From positions 1 through 60,408 of the IMG/VR virus record IMGVR_UViG_3300021961_000099: a stretch of 60,408 nucleotides of DNA; one strand, given 5' to 3'. A model generated the notes under the pieces. The model made no database searches. It saw only the letters and a program-made list of their open reading frames with translations, and was not told the origin of the DNA. This document shows positions 56,341-60,408 of the stretch, piece after piece (within the stretch, counting starts at the first letter, position 1; each line of letters starts with the position of its first letter). The position numbers and the translations under genes are program-made. The stretch is from a virus (Duplodnaviria; Caudoviricetes).

Positions 56341-56790
56341 CTAGTTTTTGATAAAGTTAGGATAAAAATAATTAAATTTTTGACCTGAAAAAATGTCAGT
56401 CAACTCGGCCATAATAGCTTTTAACTTTGGCCGTAGGTCTACGGTGTATCTGACCTTCGGAGGGTAGGGTTTAGCGTCAAACTGTCTATGACAAATTGTC
56501 ATATCACCAACCTTAATTATTAAATTAAAATTTTCGGGACCATCCGTAATTGATGTGTTTAAAAGTTCTGGGTTTTCTAAAATTTCGTATTGGTTGTCTA
56601 ACATATAAACCACAGATCTCATTTTTAAATCGTATTTCAACTCTCTTGAAAGTCTGTCAATATGGTCATAAAACTCTTCTGACTTATGGGCATTTTTGTT
56701 ATAACCTCTTACATTGAAGAACCTTTGAACTACAATGTTATCATTACACATTAACAAGAATTCTACTTTTGTTATATCCTGTTCTCTCAT
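56341..56790 (-). CDS. Hypothetical protein
   Basis: 149 aa ORF in the replication operon. Confidence 0.75.
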   Translation of the reverse strand: MREQDITKVEFLLMCNDNIVVQRFFNVRGYNKNAHKSEEFYDHIDRLSRELKYDLKMRSVVYMLDNQYEILENPELLNTSITDGPENFNLIIKVGDMTICHRQFDAKPYPPKVRYTVDLRPKLKAIMAELTDIFSGQKFNYFYPNFIKN

Positions 56791-56801
56791 TTGTTTTTTT
56801 T

Positions 56802-57812
56802 TTAATTTTTTTTGTTTCTAAATTTTGATTTTTCTTTTCTTGTTAGTTTGAGAAATGGTTTCAAGAAACTTACCCAAGCGTCGTCACCCTTTGGTAAGTA
56901 CTTGAAAAACCCGTCCTCCATCATCATTCGAATTAGATTTCTATGTCCTCTTCCGTCGGGATCCAACGACTCAGAGTAATATAGTCCAACTAACTCTTTT
57001 TCCTCTTCATTCAAAAGTGGGTTTTCCAAGTTAACAAGTTTTTCATTTATAGTGAAAAACTCATCACCAAAAATTCCCTCTTTTGTTTTCCCAGTCAATA
57101 GGTTTTGAAGAGCAATGTTTCCTTTTTCTTCTTTCAAGAGTTGTTCACTCTTTTGTAAAATATAAGACAATTCTACCCTTTCTTCAAGTAGTTCAGGAAA
57201 CATTTTCACCAAAGTCTTCTCACCTAGATAAAATATTCCGTCAATGTTGTCGGAACTATCACCGGTAAGAATTTTGATTGTTTTAACATTATAGTGAGGA
57301 ACTTCAATATCGTGAAGTTTAATTTTATCCCCAAACTTATAATATTGTTTTGTGGATGGTGAATAAATAGATACCTTTTCCCCAATTAATTGAGTTAAAT
57401 CTCTATCACTTGAGAAGATTGTTTTTTCTTCATCTGATGACACTTTACAGTAATGAGCAATCAAGTCATCAGCTTCTGCGTGTTCTGTCTCTAGCTGTCT
57501 TACAAACATCTCTTCAAGGTACTGTTTAACCCTTTGTTTTTGTTCCGCAAAAGATTCCTCTTTTGATTCTGTTTCAGATGATTTACGATTTAACTTATAC
57601 TTGGGGTATATTAACCTTCTCTGTACTGATGAGGTTTTGGAATCCCAACAAACTACAACTTTATTGTAGTTGTGTTCTTCTAAGAATTTTCGAAGAGTGT
57701 TTAGAAAGTGCCAAACTCCGCCCACATGTTTTCCATTGTGATAGAATTCTCTAACACCATGAAATCCAATCTTCAATAAATTATTTCCGTCTACTAATAA
57801 TGTTTTGGACAC
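56802..57812 (-). CDS. 5'-3' exonuclease / flap endonuclease (T4 RNase H / Pol I N-terminal domain-like)
   Basis: LLVDGNN, YKLNR, EADDLIA, SSDRDLTQL, LTGDSSDNIDGI..LGEKT. Confidence 0.93.
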   Translation of the reverse strand: MSKTLLVDGNNLLKIGFHGVREFYHNGKHVGGVWHFLNTLRKFLEEHNYNKVVVCWDSKTSSVQRRLIYPKYKLNRKSSETESKEESFAEQKQRVKQYLEEMFVRQLETEHAEADDLIAHYCKVSSDEEKTIFSSDRDLTQLIGEKVSIYSPSTKQYYKFGDKIKLHDIEVPHYNVKTIKILTGDSSDNIDGIFYLGEKTLVKMFPELLEERVELSYILQKSEQLLKEEKGNIALQNLLTGKTKEGIFGDEFFTINEKLVNLENPLLNEEEKELVGLYYSESLDPDGRGHRNLIRMMMEDGFFKYLPKGDDAWVSFLKPFLKLTRKEKSKFRNKKN

Positions 57813-57833
57813 TTCCTAAAACTTAAATGATTT

Positions 57834-58841
57834 CTACTCTACTTCTTCTTTTTCTGTTTTCAAATCAAAGTCACCATCAACTCCGATTATATCTTTCCAA
57901 TAGTCAGCATATTCTTTCTTATACTTTTCTATTGATACCTTCTCCTCAGTTGTGTCTTTACCAGGTAAAAATCCGTGTGGAGTTACAATGATTCTTCCGT
58001 CTTCAAAACCAAGTCCATTGATGTGGTTTTTCATAACCGACACTTTTGTCCTTGAAGCAAACTTCACAGTTCTCTTGTCTTTTGTTGCCGTGATCTTTGT
58101 TGTTCCCGCACCTTTCTGATTACCAAATAAGAATACCAAAGAAGAGTTTAACCAAATTGCTTCACCACCTTTTGCTTTGATCTTAGGTTGACCAAATGGA
58201 TTGTCAGGTAATTCTACCCAAGGTTGGTTAACAATGATTAGGGTATTTTCGTATTTAGAATCTGCTTTACGAGATCCCGAAATTCTTTGGTTAATACCCA
58301 TACCAATTTTGTCGGCCAAAACACTTGCATTGTGTTGTTTACCTCCTTTACCCTCGTAGGTCATCTTACAAGGAACCGATCCTACCGAATCCCACATAAT
58401 ACAAAGAGAATAATCTAATTCACCTTTTTCTTGAGCATCTAATAAGTCATTGATGTATTCTGTAATTTGTTCGATGTAGTCAAAATTATTATTGAAGAGG
58501 AAGAATCCGTCCCATGTTAATTCTCCTGTTTCTTCATCTACAACTTCTTCGCATTCAAGACCCATAAGTTTAGAGTGTTCAAAAGACCACTTTTGTTCTG
58601 TAATAATAAAAACAGGAAGGATCCCTTTTTTCTGAGCATCAACCGCAGTTTTAATAAGTGCCGTTGTTTTTCCTGTGTCAGAGTGACCAAGTAACATGTT
58701 TAAATGTCCAATTGCAGGACCAGGTAGTCCAACCGCATCAAGAAATTCGGACCCAAGATCAAAAAATCTCTGTGGTTTGTATTTTGCGTCCGTGGAGAAC
58801 TTTTTTTTGATTGAACTAAAGTCGTTTTTTTTGAGTGCCAT
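57834..58841 (-). CDS. uvsX: RecA/UvsX-like recombinase
   Basis: Walker A GHSDTGKT, WDSVGS, IVNQ, KGGEA, KNHI. Confidence 0.88.
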   Translation of the reverse strand: MALKKNDFSSIKKKFSTDAKYKPQRFFDLGSEFLDAVGLPGPAIGHLNMLLGHSDTGKTTALIKTAVDAQKKGILPVFIITEQKWSFEHSKLMGLECEEVVDEETGELTWDGFFLFNNNFDYIEQITEYINDLLDAQEKGELDYSLCIMWDSVGSVPCKMTYEGKGGKQHNASVLADKIGMGINQRISGSRKADSKYENTLIIVNQPWVELPDNPFGQPKIKAKGGEAIWLNSSLVFLFGNQKGAGTTKITATKDKRTVKFASRTKVSVMKNHINGLGFEDGRIIVTPHGFLPGKDTTEEKVSIEKYKKEYADYWKDIIGVDGDFDLKTEKEEVE

Positions 58842-59062
58842 TATAGTTCGTATATTTTGAAGTTTGTAATTGTTTCTAATTTATCTTTAGCATCTGTTAG
58901 TTGCCCGACTAAATTATCCATTTCCTCCGTGTGTTGTGGGTGTTCCCCAATACCAACAGGATTGGTAAAATAAACATAAAGTCTTGCTTCAGCATCTGCG
59001 ATTTCTGCCTCGTACTTTTTAACAAGGGCTTCTTTTAATTTTTCAGCAATGAAAGGTTTCAT
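58841..59062 (-). CDS. Small conserved phage protein (likely start MKPFIAEK)
   Basis: NPVGIGEHPQ motif recalled from T4-like phage hypotheticals; the longer start overlaps a terminator. Confidence 0.7.
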   Translation of the reverse strand: MKPFIAEKLKEALVKKYEAEIADAEARLYVYFTNPVGIGEHPQHTEEMDNLVGQLTDAKDKLETITNFKIYEL

Positions 59063-59087
59063 AATTTGTTTTTTTAAAAATATAGAC

Positions 59088-59118
59088 AAAAAAACGGGAA
59101 CAATAAACTGCTCCCGTT
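59088..59118 (-). terminator. Intrinsic terminator after ssb
   Basis: AACGGGAGCA...UGUUCCCGUU followed by a U-tract on the minus strand. Confidence 0.75.
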
Positions 59119-59136
59119 ATACTTTTTTTTTAAAAA

Positions 59137-59997
59137 TTAAAATGGTAAATCTTCATCAACTTCGTTATTCGCCTGAGGGTCTTCAATCTCGGTAATCGAC
59201 ACTGATTTTGATCCTCCCATAGAAACTTCAGAAGTTTCGTCGTTGGAATAAACATAGCCACCTTTTTCGGAATCCCATCTTGGTGTTTCTCCCCTTGCGA
59301 TTGCTTCCAAATATTCAACAGGTTTTTTAGAATAAACATCTTCCCATGTCATTTCATCTCCAACCCATTCAGACATTTGACTTTCGTCTTTTGAAATTGG
59401 TGATGGATCATCGTACATTACAGTTTGTATTACTGTGTAAGTCGCACCTTTTGGAGTTTTTGCCTTTGTTAATTCCAAAATTAAGTCACGACCATTGTCA
59501 GGATCGGTAATGTCACCTTTAGCTTTCCATATAGGAATAATTTTATCAAGAATACCTTCTTGTTTGTAATTGTGTTTGAAACGCCAAAATTTAACTCCGT
59601 CTTGTTCATTGTCACGGTCAATAACTTTAACAATATAAAACTTTCGAGCTTTGTATTGTTTTGCAAGTTCTTTATCGGATTCTTTACCTGTAGACATTAG
59701 TTCTTCGTAAACCTCGTTCAACGGTGATCTTTCATTATCGTTTTTCGAAGGGTCGTAAAATTTTTGCCATTTACCATCAACTTGAATTTCATGAAACCAT
59801 ACTTCTTTGAATGGTGAAGATCCGTCAGTTGTAGGTAAAATACGGATTTTTCTTTGTCCTTGTTTTTCATTGTCTTTGAGAAGTGCCGCGAAATACTTTT
59901 TCATTCGGTCTTCAGAAGACATTTTTGATGTAGTGTTTGAACTACTTTGTGATTTCTCGTACTGTGCTAGTACTGCGTCTAATGAATTTGTCGCCAT
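59137..59997 (-). CDS. ssb: Single-stranded DNA-binding protein (T4 gp32-like)
   Basis: IRILP..PF.EVWFH, VIDRD, GVKFWRF, DITDPDNGRDL, acidic tail ending DEDLPF. Confidence 0.88.
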   Translation of the reverse strand: MATNSLDAVLAQYEKSQSSSNTTSKMSSEDRMKKYFAALLKDNEKQGQRKIRILPTTDGSSPFKEVWFHEIQVDGKWQKFYDPSKNDNERSPLNEVYEELMSTGKESDKELAKQYKARKFYIVKVIDRDNEQDGVKFWRFKHNYKQEGILDKIIPIWKAKGDITDPDNGRDLILELTKAKTPKGATYTVIQTVMYDDPSPISKDESQMSEWVGDEMTWEDVYSKKPVEYLEAIARGETPRWDSEKGGYVYSNDETSEVSMGGSKSVSITEIEDPQANNEVDEDLPF

Positions 59998-60030
59998 GTG
60001 TAATTAAAAATTTAAAGTTTATGTGTTAGA

Positions 60031-60059
60031 ATTATAATTGTATTAAAAGTATTAGTCAA
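60031..60059 (-). promoter_or_regulatory. Near-consensus sigma70 promoter TTGACT-N17-TATAAT for ssb
   Basis: One mismatch to TTGACA-N17-TATAAT, immediately after a terminator. Confidence 0.7.
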
Positions 60060-60070
60060 ATAGTGTCGCC

Positions 60071-60104
60071 AAAAAAAAATTAAGGTCGATTTTATCGACC
60101 TTAA
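60071..60104 (-). terminator. Intrinsic terminator
   Basis: TTAAGGTCGAT-ttt-ATCGACCTTAA with a 9-A tract on the left. Confidence 0.8.
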
Positions 60105-60107
60105 AAA

Positions 60108-60408
60108 TTATGAATTATATCTGTTAAGTAGTAAATCATCTTCATCTTCCATAGGTTCGTTAAATGTTTTTTCTATTTCAGATGGGCTGTAATTTTCTAC
60201 TTCGTCTTTTGTAAGAACATATTCATTCTTACCTGTTTTTTCCATTTCTACCTCTTTGTCTTTGAAAAAGTCTGCCAAGTTTTGTTTAAATGGTCCTGAA
60301 TCCAAACTTCTAAGTTCTAATTTTTCTTGAGCTGTTTTAGGTCTGTATCTTTCAACTTTTGCGTCCAAAACATCTATTTTTTGAACTAGACTATCCATTT
60401 CGGCTAGT
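60108..60408 (-). CDS. Hypothetical protein, 3' part (probably starts beyond the right edge)
   Basis: Frame is open to the window edge; contains EKLELRSLDSGPF. Confidence 0.7.
   Translation of the reverse strand, partial: LAEMDSLVQKIDVLDAKVERYRPKTAQEKLELRSLDSGPFKQNLADFFKDKEVEMEKTGKNEYVLTKDEVENYSPSEIEKTFNEPMEDEDDLLLNRYNS

Noticed and set aside
173-60007. Many short plus-strand and nested ORFs in the track (e.g. 173..406, 757..981, 2421..2783, 12253..12666, 13382..13579, 20105..20356, 46933..47133, 59807..60007)
   Set aside because: They are antisense or alternate-frame shadows of well-supported genes; their compositions mirror the real repeats and they have no upstream signals.
1-60408. Eukaryotic or giant-virus (NCLDV) origin suggested by the LRR, SAP, plant-like GT and Cys-rich proteins
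   Set aside because: The gp25/gp6 baseplate, gp32-like SSB, sigma factor, amidase, operon structure and intrinsic terminators indicate a tailed bacteriophage.
1-60408. Stop-codon recoding, as in some large phages
   Set aside because: Long conserved genes are intact in code 11, and TAG and TGA end genes at sensible positions.
1-60408. CRISPR array, tRNAs, introns/inteins, diversity-generating retroelement
   Set aside because: No spaced direct repeats, cloverleaf or reverse transcriptase seen by eye; nrdA, nrdB, helicase and recombinase are of normal, uninterrupted length. The repeats seen are coding low-complexity tracts.

Overview
This AT-rich (roughly 30% GC by eye), gene-dense window is almost entirely on the - strand and looks like part of a large contractile-tailed (T4-superfamily-like, probably jumbo) dsDNA phage in the standard genetic code. 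A Bacteroidota host is inferred from three signs: a Bacteroidota-type RpoD homologue, TTTG-N20-TAnnTTTG promoters and an Hc1-like histone protein, plus SprB-type repeats and A-rich leaders lacking Shine-Dalgarno sites. In the direction of transcription (right to left) the window holds: (1) a replication/recombination block (gp32-like SSB, UvsX/RecA, 5'-3' exonuclease, gp41/DnaB helicase, NrdB, NrdA); (2) a ~27 kb baseplate/tail-fibre block (gp25, wedge, very large Cys- and Ser/Thr/Pro-rich proteins); (3) RuvC, primase, a PD-(D/E)XK nuclease, SbcD/SbcC, an HNH nuclease and a sigma factor; (4) a candidate lysis module; (5) acidic putative internal head proteins, DnaJ and Dam. The best candidate for an undescribed system is a glycosyltransferase resembling plant extensin O-glycosyltransferases (SERGT/HPAT, GT96/GT95-like). 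It sits inside the fibre gene cluster, between proteins with (G-S/T-S)n and (P-T)n mucin/extensin-like tracts, and a pervasive [S/T]-G-x-[S/T] motif runs through the structural proteins, which suggests phage-encoded virion O-glycosylation. Other notable items are an unannotated structured RNA 3' of the sigma gene, a three-class promoter system with a conserved late motif TATTTAT, and a set of proteins with shared leaders ending in [IL]-x-E, including an LRR protein. All family assignments come from motif recognition by eye; no searches were run.
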